Below are positions 26,450-36,241 of a stretch of DNA of 64,000 nucleotides, one piece after another. Under the pieces are notes generated by a model. That model was not told where the DNA came from, did not search any database, and saw only the letters and a list, made by a program, of their open reading frames with translations. Source of the DNA: Candidatus Zixiibacteriota bacterium (GTDB lineage: Bacteria > Zixibacteria > MSB-5A5 > GN15 > JAAZOE01); the NCBI GenBank assembly GCA_036480375.1, contig JAZGGI010000008.1:3835-67834 (forward strand). Reading direction: 5' to 3'. Every line of letters begins with the position of its first letter. Within the stretch, counting starts at the first letter, position 1. The translations under genes and the position numbers were made by a program.

Positions 26450-27142
26450 CTATTCAACTATATCGCCCAAGCGCGACCACCGCACTCTCTGGAAAAAATG
26501 CAACATATTATAAAAAACAGATTTTGGAATCGAGGTTAAATCGGCCAAGGTCACCTCGGGAGCGTCTTCATCCGGCGTCCATGACCAGTGAATCAGCATG
26601 GCCTGCCCCTGAATTAATTCAAGGTTCACCGGCCCCCAGAATCTTGAATCAGAGCTATTATCGCGATTGTCACCCATACAGAAAATATGATTTTTCCTGA
26701 CTACTACTTTGGGGAAATTATCACGCGGATTTGCCCCGGGAGGTATTATTCTGGAGCCGGTAAATTTCGAGAATTCGGGATCGGGAAATCGGACCCCGTC
26801 AATATACAACACTTTGTCAATTACTTCTACGACTTGCCCTTCGGTAGCTACGCATCGTTTGATATAATTCGTTTTCCGATCGACCGGATATCGAAAAACA
26901 ACCACGTCGCCCGGTTCGGGATTTCTGAAGGAGGGTAATCGCCAATTCGTTAACGGAATCTGGGCGCCGTATATAAATTTGTTAGCCAGGAAAAAATCGC
27001 CGATGAGCATCGTATCTTCCATCGATGATGAAGGAATTTTGTAGGCTTCCACGACTGAAGTTTTAATAATGAAAGCCAATATCAGGGCAATAATCAATGA
27101 CTTGGCGTATTCATAAGTTCCGGAAGATACTTTCTTCGACAA
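26450..27142 (-). CDS. lepB: Signal peptidase I
   Basis: It has an N-terminal TM, the catalytic Ser box PSSSMEDTML, the Lys box YIKRCVA and GDNRDNSSDSRFWG. Confidence 0.9.
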   Translation of the reverse strand: MSKKVSSGTYEYAKSLIIALILAFIIKTSVVEAYKIPSSSMEDTMLIGDFFLANKFIYGAQIPLTNWRLPSFRNPEPGDVVVFRYPVDRKTNYIKRCVATEGQVVEVIDKVLYIDGVRFPDPEFSKFTGSRIIPPGANPRDNFPKVVVRKNHIFCMGDNRDNSSDSRFWGPVNLELIQGQAMLIHWSWTPDEDAPEVTLADLTSIPKSVFYNMLHFFQRVRWSRLGDIVE

Positions 27143-27224
27143 ATCGCCTCCATACAGTTTTTGAAATGTTCAGAACGCAAATATATATAACACCATTTAA
27201 AAGACAAAGTGAATTTTTCCTGAT

Positions 27225-27956
27225 TTAGTCTACCGTCTGGACAAATCGATCCCAGCGAATCCTCCCCAAAAATCGAGAAGTATTATCCCAGATCGATCTC
27301 GGGATAGTTGTCAAATCCGTCATGTCAATCTGAGTAGCGTCTTTATCCTCAGCAATCGACCATTGAATTATAAAGACATATCCCTCGATTAAATCAAGAG
27401 ACACCGGCCCCCAGAATCGGGAATCATTGCTTTTATCACGGTTATCGCCCATCGCGAAGATGGTTCCTTTAGGTACCCGATAAGGCCCGAAGTTATCACG
27501 ACGCGGTACAAATTGAGCGGGATATTTTCCATCCAAATATTTCGAGAATTCAGGATCCGGGAATATTTCACCGTCAACATAAAGAACTTTATCCTTCACC
27601 GCAACGATTTGACCCTCAACAGCAATGCATCGCTTGACATAATCGGTTTTGCGGTCGCCGGGATACTTGAAAGTAATAATATCTCCGGGCTGGGGCGGCC
27701 TGACCGCCGGAAATCGCCAGTCGGTAAAGGGCACTTTCGCACCGTATAAAAATTTATTGGAAATTATCAAATCACCGATAAGGAGAGTATCTTCCATCGA
27801 TGATGAAGGCACTTTATAAGCTTCAGCTATCGAGGTCTTAATTATAAACGCGGCTATAACCGCGAATAATATTGCCTTGGCATAATCAAACGATTGAGTA
27901 ACGGCAGTCTTTTTTCTTTTATTTTCTTTCTTCTTCTTTTTTTTCTTTGGCATCAA
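27225..27956 (-). CDS. lepB: Signal peptidase I, tandem paralog with a polylysine N-terminus
   Basis: It has PSSSMEDTLL, YVKRCIA and GDNRDKSNDSRFWG. The N-terminus is MMPKKKKKKKENKRKK. Confidence 0.9.
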   Translation of the reverse strand: MMPKKKKKKKENKRKKTAVTQSFDYAKAILFAVIAAFIIKTSIAEAYKVPSSSMEDTLLIGDLIISNKFLYGAKVPFTDWRFPAVRPPQPGDIITFKYPGDRKTDYVKRCIAVEGQIVAVKDKVLYVDGEIFPDPEFSKYLDGKYPAQFVPRRDNFGPYRVPKGTIFAMGDNRDKSNDSRFWGPVSLDLIEGYVFIIQWSIAEDKDATQIDMTDLTTIPRSIWDNTSRFLGRIRWDRFVQTVD

Positions 27957-27970
27957 TATTTAATCTCGTC

Positions 27971-29035
27971 TTACCCGGTAATTACGCGAACGATATCATT
28001 GTAGGTCACCATAATTATCACAACCAGTAAAAATACCAGTCCAATCTGCTGAGCAATAGCCCGTTGGTTTAAAGACAGCGGCTTCCCTTTAAGTTTCTCG
28101 ATAAGGAGAAATATCAGATGCCCGCCATCTAAAACCGGAATCGGCAGGATATTTAGGATGGCCAAATTTACCGATAATAAGGCCATAAACGCCAAAAGAT
28201 CAATAAGGCCCCTTTTTGCCATAGCCCCCGCCGCCTGCGCAATGAAAACCGGCCCGCCAATCATTTTTGGAGAAATCTGAGCCGTCACCAAGTCATAGAC
28301 AAATTTATAAACGTTCTTTGTAAAGTACCACGTCATTGCTAAACCACGATGCCCAGATTCAAAAAATCCAAGATCAACGATGGTTGTCTGCTGGCCCACT
28401 CCCATCATCCCGATAGGAACTTTTTCACCCTTTTCATTATAGACTTCTTCAGAATAAGTAGTTAGTCCGACCGACATTTCGATGTCATCACGAATCCAGA
28501 TGACGGTAATAGGTTCTTCGACATGAGTGGAGATAATTCGGGCCATGCTCTCAAAAGTTGTGATGGGCGAATCATTGATTCGGACTATCATATCTCCCGG
28601 TACGATTCCCGCCCCTTCGGCAGGACTGCCTTCTGCGACCACTCCTATTACGGCTTGATCGGTGCTTGCGACTTCTTCGCCGTTAACAAAAAATATTCCC
28701 CAGAGTATCAGAAAGGCGATGACAAAATTCATAATCGGCCCGGCCGCGACGACGATAGCCCGTGCCCCTACCGATTTTGACATAAATTCATAAGCCGCTC
28801 CGGTCGACTCCTCGCCCGGTAATTCACCGGCCATTTTTACAAAGCCACCCAGAGGCACAAGACCGATTGAATATTCTGTCTCACCGACTTTTTTCTTAAT
28901 TATGGCTGGCGGAAATCCGAGCGAAAATTTCTCAACTTTGATTCCAGCCCGTTTGGCCGCGATAAAATGACCTAATTCATGGAAGAAGATTAAAACACCG
29001 AGTACAAATACCGTTGCAAGAATGGTTATTAGCAT
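27971..29035 (-). CDS. rseP: Site-2 (RIP) zinc metalloprotease RseP
   Basis: It has HELGHF near the N-terminus, one PDZ-like region and C-terminal NLLPIPVLDGGH. Confidence 0.9.
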   Translation of the reverse strand: MLITILATVFVLGVLIFFHELGHFIAAKRAGIKVEKFSLGFPPAIIKKKVGETEYSIGLVPLGGFVKMAGELPGEESTGAAYEFMSKSVGARAIVVAAGPIMNFVIAFLILWGIFFVNGEEVASTDQAVIGVVAEGSPAEGAGIVPGDMIVRINDSPITTFESMARIISTHVEEPITVIWIRDDIEMSVGLTTYSEEVYNEKGEKVPIGMMGVGQQTTIVDLGFFESGHRGLAMTWYFTKNVYKFVYDLVTAQISPKMIGGPVFIAQAAGAMAKRGLIDLLAFMALLSVNLAILNILPIPVLDGGHLIFLLIEKLKGKPLSLNQRAIAQQIGLVFLLVVIIMVTYNDIVRVITG

Positions 29036-30195
29036 GTCATTTTCCTGACTATTTCTTCTGCTCTATTTCTGGTTTCCCTGTCAATATTCAATATATCGTC
29101 AAGGTTTGGCTTATTAACCACGTTATGTTCAACTAAAATTCTCTCAATAAGTTCCGTAATTTGAACAAATCCAATCCTTCCGTCAAGAAAATAAGCAACC
29201 GCCTTTTCGTTGGCGGCATTAAGAACGGCCGGAGCCGTCCCCCCCGCCTCAGCCACGTTTCGTGCCAATCGAAGAGCCGGAAATTTTTCTTCATCGGGCT
29301 CATAAAATTCGAGCCGCCCTGCTTCGGTTAAACTCAATCGCCCGTTATCGGACTCGACCCGGTCGGGCCAGAATAAGGCGTAGGCGATGGGGAGCTTCAT
29401 ATCCGGATTTGAGAGCTGGGCAATAATCGAACTATCGTCATATTCCACCAGAGAATGGACTATCGATTGAGGGTGAATGACAATCTCAATTTGATCGGTT
29501 GGCATAGTGAACAGCCAGACCGCTTCGATAAGCTCCAGCCCTTTATTCATCATCGTGGCCGAATCAATAGTAATCTTGGGACCCATCTTCCAGGTTGGGT
29601 GTGCCAGAGCCTCATCTATAGTAATAGCTTTGAACGATTCTTTGTCCCGAGTCCTGAACGGCCCCCCCGATGCGGTCAGGATTATCTTTCTTATTTCGGA
29701 TAATTTTCCGGCATTCATACATTGCCAGATGGCCGAATGCTCCGAATCGACCGGCATGATTTTGCCCCCGGATTTAATCACTTCATCTTCAAAAAGAGGT
29801 CCCCCGACGACTAACGATTCCTTATTGGCCAGAGCCAGATTTTTGCCCGCCTTAATCGTCTCCAGAGAAGCCAGCAATCCGGCGGCGCCGACTAAGGCAT
29901 TCAGGACAATATCATTTTCCGCGAGCGATGCCAGTTTTTGCAATCCATCCGGCCCGTATATTATCTCTATATCCTTTCCCGGCAATTCATTTTTGAGTAT
30001 ATCCGCTTCTTTTTCGGAATAAACTGAAACGAATTTTGGATTAAATTTTCTTATTTGTTTTTTTAATAGGTCTAAATTTCTCCCGGCTGCCAAGGCTACG
30101 ATATTAAAACTACCGGGATTGTCGGTAATGACATCCAGAGTCGAACGGCCGATCGACCCTGTTGAACCGAGTATGCTAATATTTTTCATTTTCAT
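29029..30195 (-). CDS. dxr: 1-deoxy-D-xylulose-5-phosphate reductoisomerase
   Basis: It has ILGSTGSIGRSTLDV (NADPH site), LANKESLV and DSEHSAIWQC. Confidence 0.95.
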   Translation of the reverse strand: MKMKNISILGSTGSIGRSTLDVITDNPGSFNIVALAAGRNLDLLKKQIRKFNPKFVSVYSEKEADILKNELPGKDIEIIYGPDGLQKLASLAENDIVLNALVGAAGLLASLETIKAGKNLALANKESLVVGGPLFEDEVIKSGGKIMPVDSEHSAIWQCMNAGKLSEIRKIILTASGGPFRTRDKESFKAITIDEALAHPTWKMGPKITIDSATMMNKGLELIEAVWLFTMPTDQIEIVIHPQSIVHSLVEYDDSSIIAQLSNPDMKLPIAYALFWPDRVESDNGRLSLTEAGRLEFYEPDEEKFPALRLARNVAEAGGTAPAVLNAANEKAVAYFLDGRIGFVQITELIERILVEHNVVNKPNLDDILNIDRETRNRAEEIVRKMTC

Positions 30196-30270
30196 TTCTC
30201 AGTCTAAACTACGAATAATACGCCGGTCAGTTGCGTATCGATTATTCGATTGTTATATCCCCTTCGATCT

Positions 30271-30840
30271 TTATGGGAACCGGTTCCCTTCTTCCCAAAT
30301 TTTCAATAAATGCACGGCTTCAATCGGTTTATCGTTTTCATCGGTGGCCAATCGTCCAATTTTTTTCACGACATCCATGCCTTCAACGGTACGGCCGAAA
30401 ATTGTATATTGTCCGTCTAAATCCGGGCGGCGTGAAAGACAAATAAAAAACTGACACGAAGCCGAATTGGGATCAAGTCCTCGCGCCATCGACAGCGTCC
30501 CCGGATTATGTGGCAAATTGGAAAATTCAGCGGGGATTACATAACCGGCATGACCGGATATATCGTTAGTCGGGGAACCGGATTGAATCATGAAATTTTT
30601 AACCACGCGATGCCATTGCAATCCGGTATAAAAACCCTTATTCGCCAGATCCAAAAAATTAGCCACATGATTGGGAGCCACATCCGGCCATAATTCAAGA
30701 ACTATTTTTCCCTTATCCGTCTCAATACACACCCGGGGGTATTCGTTTTTACCAGCAGATTCCTCCTGCGGCTCATCTTTGTCGCCACCGCAATTAGCCA
30801 GCACAATAATTAACAGTATAAAAAAACCAAATCGACGCAT
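30271..30840 (-). CDS. Cyclophilin-type peptidyl-prolyl cis-trans isomerase, lipoprotein
   Basis: It has the lipobox LANC plus FHRVVKNFMIQSG-like (WHRVVKNFMIQSG), SMARG and QFFI. Confidence 0.9.
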   Translation of the reverse strand: MRRFGFFILLIIVLANCGGDKDEPQEESAGKNEYPRVCIETDKGKIVLELWPDVAPNHVANFLDLANKGFYTGLQWHRVVKNFMIQSGSPTNDISGHAGYVIPAEFSNLPHNPGTLSMARGLDPNSASCQFFICLSRRPDLDGQYTIFGRTVEGMDVVKKIGRLATDENDKPIEAVHLLKIWEEGNRFP

Positions 30841-30921
30841 TCGGGCCTATCTCCATCTAAATTTATGAAGCGAATATAGACCCGCGACTGGTTTAAGTCA
30901 AATAATTGTCTGGATTGCTGA

Positions 30922-31797
30922 TCAATCAGGATAATAATTCAATATTCTTGACTTTATTATTTCAATTCCGGTCGTATCCGCGGCATCGGCATATCCGACG
31001 ACCACATCGCCATAATATGGAACTGTACAAAGTCGATGATATCCTGCCGGTAAACATTTAATTTCTAAATCCGGAAATGACGGCAGGGGCGGCAATATAA
31101 ATACTCTGAGCGTGTTGTCAACGAAATTGTAATCCTTAACCATCTCGCGAGCGGCAATATAATAATTTGGTGGGCTCACGGTTCCTTCATAGATGAGGAT
31201 CATCATTAAACCAGCCAGGGGATAATCGGAATCATAATAAATATCAATATTGTTATTGAGGTGATGTACTTCTAAAGTAAATTCCTTTGTGTCGGCTCCC
31301 AATAATGAATCGACTTTGATATCGCCATGACATAAGAACGAATCCGCCTCCATAATGATTCGATACATGCCTGCGATTTCCCTGCCACCTACTATCTGAG
31401 TATGATCCCATACCGTCCAGTAACTGCCCGGGGGTTTTTCTTCATTTAATAAATCGGCAATGATCTGCTGCGTGAAATCAATTACGTAAATGTGAGTAAT
31501 GGACGTTTCCGGAATGTCAAAATGAATCATTGCCTGCTGGTAACTGGGATTAGGAAAAACCGGATATAACGCGAAAGTCTGAGGCACGGAATCATTCGGG
31601 TACGGGTACTGATAACACCAGTCATTGGGATCAATCGAGCGAAAACTATCATCTCTTTGTACTTCAGTTATACCCGAAATTGTTATGGTGTCGATTGCAA
31701 CCTCAGGTGTAACGGGTTTTGGACTATCGTCTGAACAACGAATAAAAACCATAAGAGACAAGGATAGCAATACTGCCAACACTTTACGCCGCAACAT
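30922..31797 (-). CDS. Hypothetical lipoprotein with an internal T9SS-tail/FlgD-Ig-like module
   Basis: The start is at ATG 31797 (MLRRKVLAVLLSLSLMVFIRC). LYPVFPNPSYQQAMIHFDI...GMYRIIM resembles the sorting-domain motif but is followed by ~130 further residues. Confidence 0.55.
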   Translation of the reverse strand: MLRRKVLAVLLSLSLMVFIRCSDDSPKPVTPEVAIDTITISGITEVQRDDSFRSIDPNDWCYQYPYPNDSVPQTFALYPVFPNPSYQQAMIHFDIPETSITHIYVIDFTQQIIADLLNEEKPPGSYWTVWDHTQIVGGREIAGMYRIIMEADSFLCHGDIKVDSLLGADTKEFTLEVHHLNNNIDIYYDSDYPLAGLMMILIYEGTVSPPNYYIAAREMVKDYNFVDNTLRVFILPPLPSFPDLEIKCLPAGYHRLCTVPYYGDVVVGYADAADTTGIEIIKSRILNYYPD

Positions 31798-31934
31798 ATA
31801 AACCTCCAAATATGACTGCCAATAAACTGGCCAGCCCGAATTAGTTTAATAATTATAAAATCACTTTATCAATTTAGAGTAAACCAATTATGTCCTTTGC
31901 CACCTTGATTAAATGCCACAGCGTAGTTACACTT

Positions 31935-31962
31935 ATTATACTAATTACTGGAGAAATGTCAA
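31935..31962 (-). promoter_or_regulatory. Consensus sigma70-type promoter for the 31797 lipoprotein gene
   Basis: The minus strand reads TTGACA, a 16-nt spacer, then TATAAT. Both hexamers are perfect. Confidence 0.5.
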
Positions 31963-32004
31963 TGAATATTAACTCGCGTGCCCGCTTATAAAATCCACCA
32001 GAAA

Positions 32005-32155
32005 GGGCTTGTTGAAAAACCGCCGCCGAGAGTTACGGCGGGTCTTGATTTTGTAAAAACAAAATTGTAACCTGCCGTAGACCAAAAACTTATAAATCGA
32101 AACGAATCTCTATTATTGGTGCTGAAGTTCACTTTTGAGCTTATTCAACAAGCCC
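32005..32155 (-). repeat. Copy B of the ~151-nt inverted-repeat-bounded element (inverted relative to copy A)
   Basis: The ends are GGGCTTGTTGAAAAA ... TTATTCAACAAGCCC. The internal hairpin is CCGCCG/CGGCGG (32023-32041). There are 115/151 ungapped matches to copy A. It lies 50 nt after the ompA-like stop. Confidence 0.65.
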
Positions 32156-32205
32156 GAAAAGGTGGGCTTTTAGTATAAAATTAAACTGACGATAAAGTCA
32201 AGAAT

Positions 32206-32871
32206 TTAGCCATCAACTTTATCCTTAGCTACGCCTTTGAGTTTGTCATTAGCGAATATGGCGATATCCACCCGCCGATTCGCCTGACGGCCGGAAGAAA
32301 TGGCATTATCCGCAACCGGCTGATCTTCACCGTATCCCATAATTCGGAAACGCGTGGCGATAACCTGCTTGGTAGTCAATAAATTCGCGACTGATTGCGC
32401 CCGGCGCAATGAAAGGTCCAGATTGTGCTCGGCCGGTCCGGTCGAATCGGTATGCCCCTCGATTAAAACTTCGGTATCTTCATATTTAATTAAAATTCCG
32501 GCCAGTTTTTCCAAATTTACTTTGGCTTCGCGCCTAAGCCCGGAAGAGTTGACATCAAAGAGAATTCCGGAATCGAAAGTAATCTTAATTCCCTCGCCGA
32601 TCCGTTCAATCGTTGCTCCTTCGAGGTCGCGCTCAATTTCTTCCGCCTGCTTATCCATATAATTGCCGATGTAGGCTCCGGCCGCTCCGCCGATAGCCGC
32701 GCCGAGAATGGCACCCACGGCGGTATTACCGGCTTTATCGCCGATAACCGCTCCGGCCGCGGCTCCGGCCCCGGCACCGATTAAGGCGCCCTGATATTTC
32801 TTCTTAAGTCCGCAACCCCAAATGCTTGTTAATAGAATGGCGCATAGGGTTAATATTAGAAAACGTCTCAT
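32206..32871 (-). CDS. OmpA/MotB-family peptidoglycan-binding lipoprotein with a glycine-zipper N-terminal region
   Basis: It has the lipobox IWGC, GAGAGAAAGAVIGDKAGN... and the OmpA-like domain IEGHTDSTGPAEHNLDLSLRRAQSV...NRRVDI. Confidence 0.85.
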   Translation of the reverse strand: MRRFLILTLCAILLTSIWGCGLKKKYQGALIGAGAGAAAGAVIGDKAGNTAVGAILGAAIGGAAGAYIGNYMDKQAEEIERDLEGATIERIGEGIKITFDSGILFDVNSSGLRREAKVNLEKLAGILIKYEDTEVLIEGHTDSTGPAEHNLDLSLRRAQSVANLLTTKQVIATRFRIMGYGEDQPVADNAISSGRQANRRVDIAIFANDKLKGVAKDKVDG

Positions 32872-32986
32872 CGAATATCCTCCTTACTGTGAAGAGTACT
32901 ATTTAATAGACGCTGCAAGATTAATTAATGTTGGTGTTATTAGCAGCCCTCAAAACAAAATACAAAAATTCAATTATCCGAAAATA

Positions 32987-33544
32987 TCAAACGGACATGA
33001 TGTCCTTTTCCTTGGCCTCGACCAGTTCGTCGATTTCCTTGATAAATTTATCGGTTGCCTTCTGAATATTATCGATACCGTCATGCATTTGATCTTCGGA
33101 TACTTTTTTATTTTTTTCGGCTTTTTTTAGTTTATCATTGGCGTCGCGGCGAATATTTCTAATCGCGACCCGACCATCCTCAGCCATCTTTTTGCAAAGC
33201 TTGACTAATTCGCCCCGCCTCTCCTCTGACAGCGGAGGAATCGGAATCCTTATCAAATTGCTTTCAGCCTGGGGATTCAATCCCAATTCAGCGGTTTGGA
33301 TCGCCTTAACTACATCCTTGATAATACTTTTATCCCACGGCTGAACCAACAAGCTTTTCGGATCGGGCACTGATATTGAACCCAATTGATTTAGAGGCGT
33401 CATCTGTCCGTAGGCCTCTACCTTGACGCTATCAAGCAGCGCCGGAGTCGCTTTCCCGGAACGTATGCCGGACAGATCGCCTTTGACCGCCTCGATAGTT
33501 TTTTTCATGCGGCTTTCCGCATCGGTTTGAATTTCGTTCAGCAT
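32987..33544 (-). CDS. frr: Ribosome recycling factor
   Basis: It is 185 aa with RSGKATPALLD, IPIPPLSEERR and RNIRRDAND. Confidence 0.95.
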   Translation of the reverse strand: MLNEIQTDAESRMKKTIEAVKGDLSGIRSGKATPALLDSVKVEAYGQMTPLNQLGSISVPDPKSLLVQPWDKSIIKDVVKAIQTAELGLNPQAESNLIRIPIPPLSEERRGELVKLCKKMAEDGRVAIRNIRRDANDKLKKAEKNKKVSEDQMHDGIDNIQKATDKFIKEIDELVEAKEKDIMSV

Positions 33545-33559
33545 AATTAAGACTCCCAG

Positions 33560-34276
33560 TTATTGAACCAAAGTTCCGATTTTGTCACCCATCCCGGCTT
33601 TATAGAGATTGCCCTCTTCAGTCATGTTAAAGACCAGAATTGGAATATTATTTTCACGGCATAATGCGATAGCCGTCGCGTCCATGACTTTCAAATGCCG
33701 AGTCAAAACATCATCGTAAGATATACCAGTATATAATTCCGCCGAATCATCCTTCTCCGGATCGCCGCTGTAAACGCCGTCCACGCGTGTACCTTTCATG
33801 ACGACTTCAGCATTGAGTTCTGCGGCTCGCTGTGCCGCGGCGGTATCGGTCGTGAAATATGGATTTCCCGTTCCGGCTGCGAGAATGACAATTCGGCCTT
33901 TTTCAAGATGACTGATTGCCTTATTGCGAATATAAAATTCCGCGACCGTATCCATTCTCAGGGCCGACATGACCCGCGCCGATATGCCGATCTGATTCAA
34001 CCCGTCTTTAAGAGCCATGGCATTCAGAACAGTCGCCATCATCCCCATAAAATCGGCGGTAACTCGATCCATTCCATTTTGTGATGCTTTAAGGCCGCGG
34101 AAGATATTACCGGCTCCAATGACGATTCCAATTTGGATTTTGGCCTGTGAAAGTTCTTTGAATTCCAGACAAATTTTCCGGACGGTCCCCGGATCAATAC
34201 CATAGAGACCTTTACCCATCAGGCTTTCCCCCGATAGTTTCAAAATAATTCGCTTATAATGGGGATCGTCCCCCAT
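33560..34276 (-). CDS. pyrH: UMP kinase
   Basis: It has ILKLSGESL, VIGAGNIFRG and TTDTAAAQRA. Confidence 0.95.
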   Translation of the reverse strand: MGDDPHYKRIILKLSGESLMGKGLYGIDPGTVRKICLEFKELSQAKIQIGIVIGAGNIFRGLKASQNGMDRVTADFMGMMATVLNAMALKDGLNQIGISARVMSALRMDTVAEFYIRNKAISHLEKGRIVILAAGTGNPYFTTDTAAAQRAAELNAEVVMKGTRVDGVYSGDPEKDDSAELYTGISYDDVLTRHLKVMDATAIALCRENNIPILVFNMTEEGNLYKAGMGDKIGTLVQ

Positions 34277-34279
34277 CTA

Positions 34280-34876
34280 TTATTCTCCCAGGCGAAATCT
34301 TACGAAACGACGAATCTGAATATTCTCGCCTAATTTCGCAATCGCATCCGTAACCAGATCCGAAACGGTTTTATCGTTATCTTTTACGAAAGCCTGCTCC
34401 AACAAACAAGCTTCCGAATAGAATTTTTCCATTTTTCCTTCGATAATCTTGTCGATAATCTTCTCGGGTTTGCCCTCCCGCTCAGCTTGACCGCGATAGA
34501 CTTCCTTTTCGGTATCGATCAATTCCGAAGTAACCTCTTCACGGCTGATGACTTTGGGATCGGCCGCCGCAACTTGCATGGCGACATCTTTGGCAAATGC
34601 CTTAAAATCATCGGTGCGGGCGACAAAATCGGTTTCACAATTAATCTCGACTAATACTCCCAGTTTGTCACCGGGATGAATATAAGAACAAATCAGACCT
34701 TCGCTGGTAGCTCGACCTGATTTTTTGCTGGCTGAAGCAATCCCCCTTTCGCGTAGATTCTTGATAGCCTTCTCCTGATCTCCATCGCTATCGGTCAGCG
34801 CTTTTTTGCAATCCATCATACCCGCGCCGGTTTTATCACGCAGTTCCTTTACCATTTTCGCTGTAATTTCGGCCAT
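34280..34876 (-). CDS. tsf: Translation elongation factor Ts (short form)
   Basis: It begins MAEITAKMVKELRDKTGAGMMDCKKAL and has ETDFVAR. Confidence 0.95.
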   Translation of the reverse strand: MAEITAKMVKELRDKTGAGMMDCKKALTDSDGDQEKAIKNLRERGIASASKKSGRATSEGLICSYIHPGDKLGVLVEINCETDFVARTDDFKAFAKDVAMQVAAADPKVISREEVTSELIDTEKEVYRGQAEREGKPEKIIDKIIEGKMEKFYSEACLLEQAFVKDNDKTVSDLVTDAIAKLGENIQIRRFVRFRLGE

Positions 34877-34891
34877 TTCGTAGTTTCTCCC

Positions 34892-35710
34892 CTATTTATT
34901 CTCAGCTGCGTCTTCATCGGTGGTTGGCACAGCGTTCTTACTTTCTGTTTTCACTTCGGGTTCTTGCGGGACTTCCTTTACTTCCGGCTCAATAGAAAAA
35001 TCGCCAGCAGTCATTTCCTCGGTCGTCGTTCCCTGCTTGACCGCCAAAATATAATCAGCAAGTTCATTGGTAATTACACGAATTGATTTGATGGCATCGT
35101 CATTGGCAGCGATAGGAAAGTCAATTAATTCAGGATCAGCGTTGGTATCGACTATCGCTACAATCGGAATATTCAACTTGGCAGCCTCGGCAACCGCGAT
35201 TTTTTCTTTTTTGGAATCGATGACATAGACCAAACCAGGAAGAGCATTCATTTCACGGATACCGCCTAAAACCCGATCCAGACGATTTTGCTCGCGCTCC
35301 AGACGGCTGGTTTCCTTTTTAGTAAATTTCTCAAAAGTGCCGTCTTCTTTCATCTTTTCGATTTCTTTAAGGCGTTTAATGCCGCCACGTATAGTATTGA
35401 AATTAGTCAGCATTCCACCCAGCCAGCGGTCGGTAATATAAAACGCACCCGCTCTTTCGGCGGATTCGCGGATAACATTTTGAGCCTGCTTTTTGGTTCC
35501 CACAAACAAAATCGGCCGGCCGCTGGAGACCACTTCATTAATTTTGCGTTTGGCTTCGTCAATGGCCGTAAGAGTTTTTTTCAGGTCAATAATATAAATG
35601 CCGTTTCGGGCGGCAAATATAAACGGCTTCATCTTGGGATTCCAGCGTCGGGTCTGATGCCCAAAATGGACGCCGGCTTCGAGTAAACGCTTGATACGTG
35701 AATCAATCAT
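34892..35710 (-). CDS. rpsB: 30S ribosomal protein S2
   Basis: It has LLEAGVHFGHQTRRWNPKM. The start was moved to ATG 35710 (MIDSRIKRL...), and the C-terminal tail is acidic. Confidence 0.95.
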   Translation of the reverse strand: MIDSRIKRLLEAGVHFGHQTRRWNPKMKPFIFAARNGIYIIDLKKTLTAIDEAKRKINEVVSSGRPILFVGTKKQAQNVIRESAERAGAFYITDRWLGGMLTNFNTIRGGIKRLKEIEKMKEDGTFEKFTKKETSRLEREQNRLDRVLGGIREMNALPGLVYVIDSKKEKIAVAEAAKLNIPIVAIVDTNADPELIDFPIAANDDAIKSIRVITNELADYILAVKQGTTTEEMTAGDFSIEPEVKEVPQEPEVKTESKNAVPTTDEDAAENK

Positions 35711-35812
35711 TGATAGGCCTTTCCGGTTTTTACGACCACTTCCTTCATCCTGCATCGGGCCGCGAGATACGGACCCCCGATAAAGTCCGGAAGTGTGGTT
35801 ATTTTTAATTTA

Positions 35813-36226
35813 TTAACGCTTGGAGAACTGGAAGCGCTTCCGCGCCTTCGGTTGTCCATATTTCTTTCTTTCGACCTTTCGGGCGTCAACGGTTAAAAAA
35901 CCACCCTTTTTCAATTCGTTCCGCAGCGACGGATCATAAATTATTAAAGCCCGGGCAACCGCTAACCTTATCGCTCCCGCCTGACCGGTCAAACCACCGC
36001 CTTTAACGCTGGCGGTAATATCAAACTTTCCGCTCATTTCCACTTTTTCAAGAGGTTCCATAATATGTTTAATGAGTGAATCGCGGCAAAGATAGGCTTT
36101 CTTCTCGCGGCCATTAATCAAAATCTGGCCTTTACCGGGCTTGATATCGACGCGGCAAACCGATTCCTTTCTGCGGCCTGTGCCTGCAAATACGTCCGGG
36201 GTCTTATTATCAGCAGCCTGTTCCAT
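35813..36226 (-). CDS. rpsI: 30S ribosomal protein S9
   Basis: It has GTGRRKES, GGGLTGQAGAIRLAVARAL and the C-terminus KARKRFQFSKR. Confidence 0.95.
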   Translation of the reverse strand: MEQAADNKTPDVFAGTGRRKESVCRVDIKPGKGQILINGREKKAYLCRDSLIKHIMEPLEKVEMSGKFDITASVKGGGLTGQAGAIRLAVARALIIYDPSLRNELKKGGFLTVDARKVERKKYGQPKARKRFQFSKR

Positions 36227-36241
36227 ATTCTAATTCCACTT

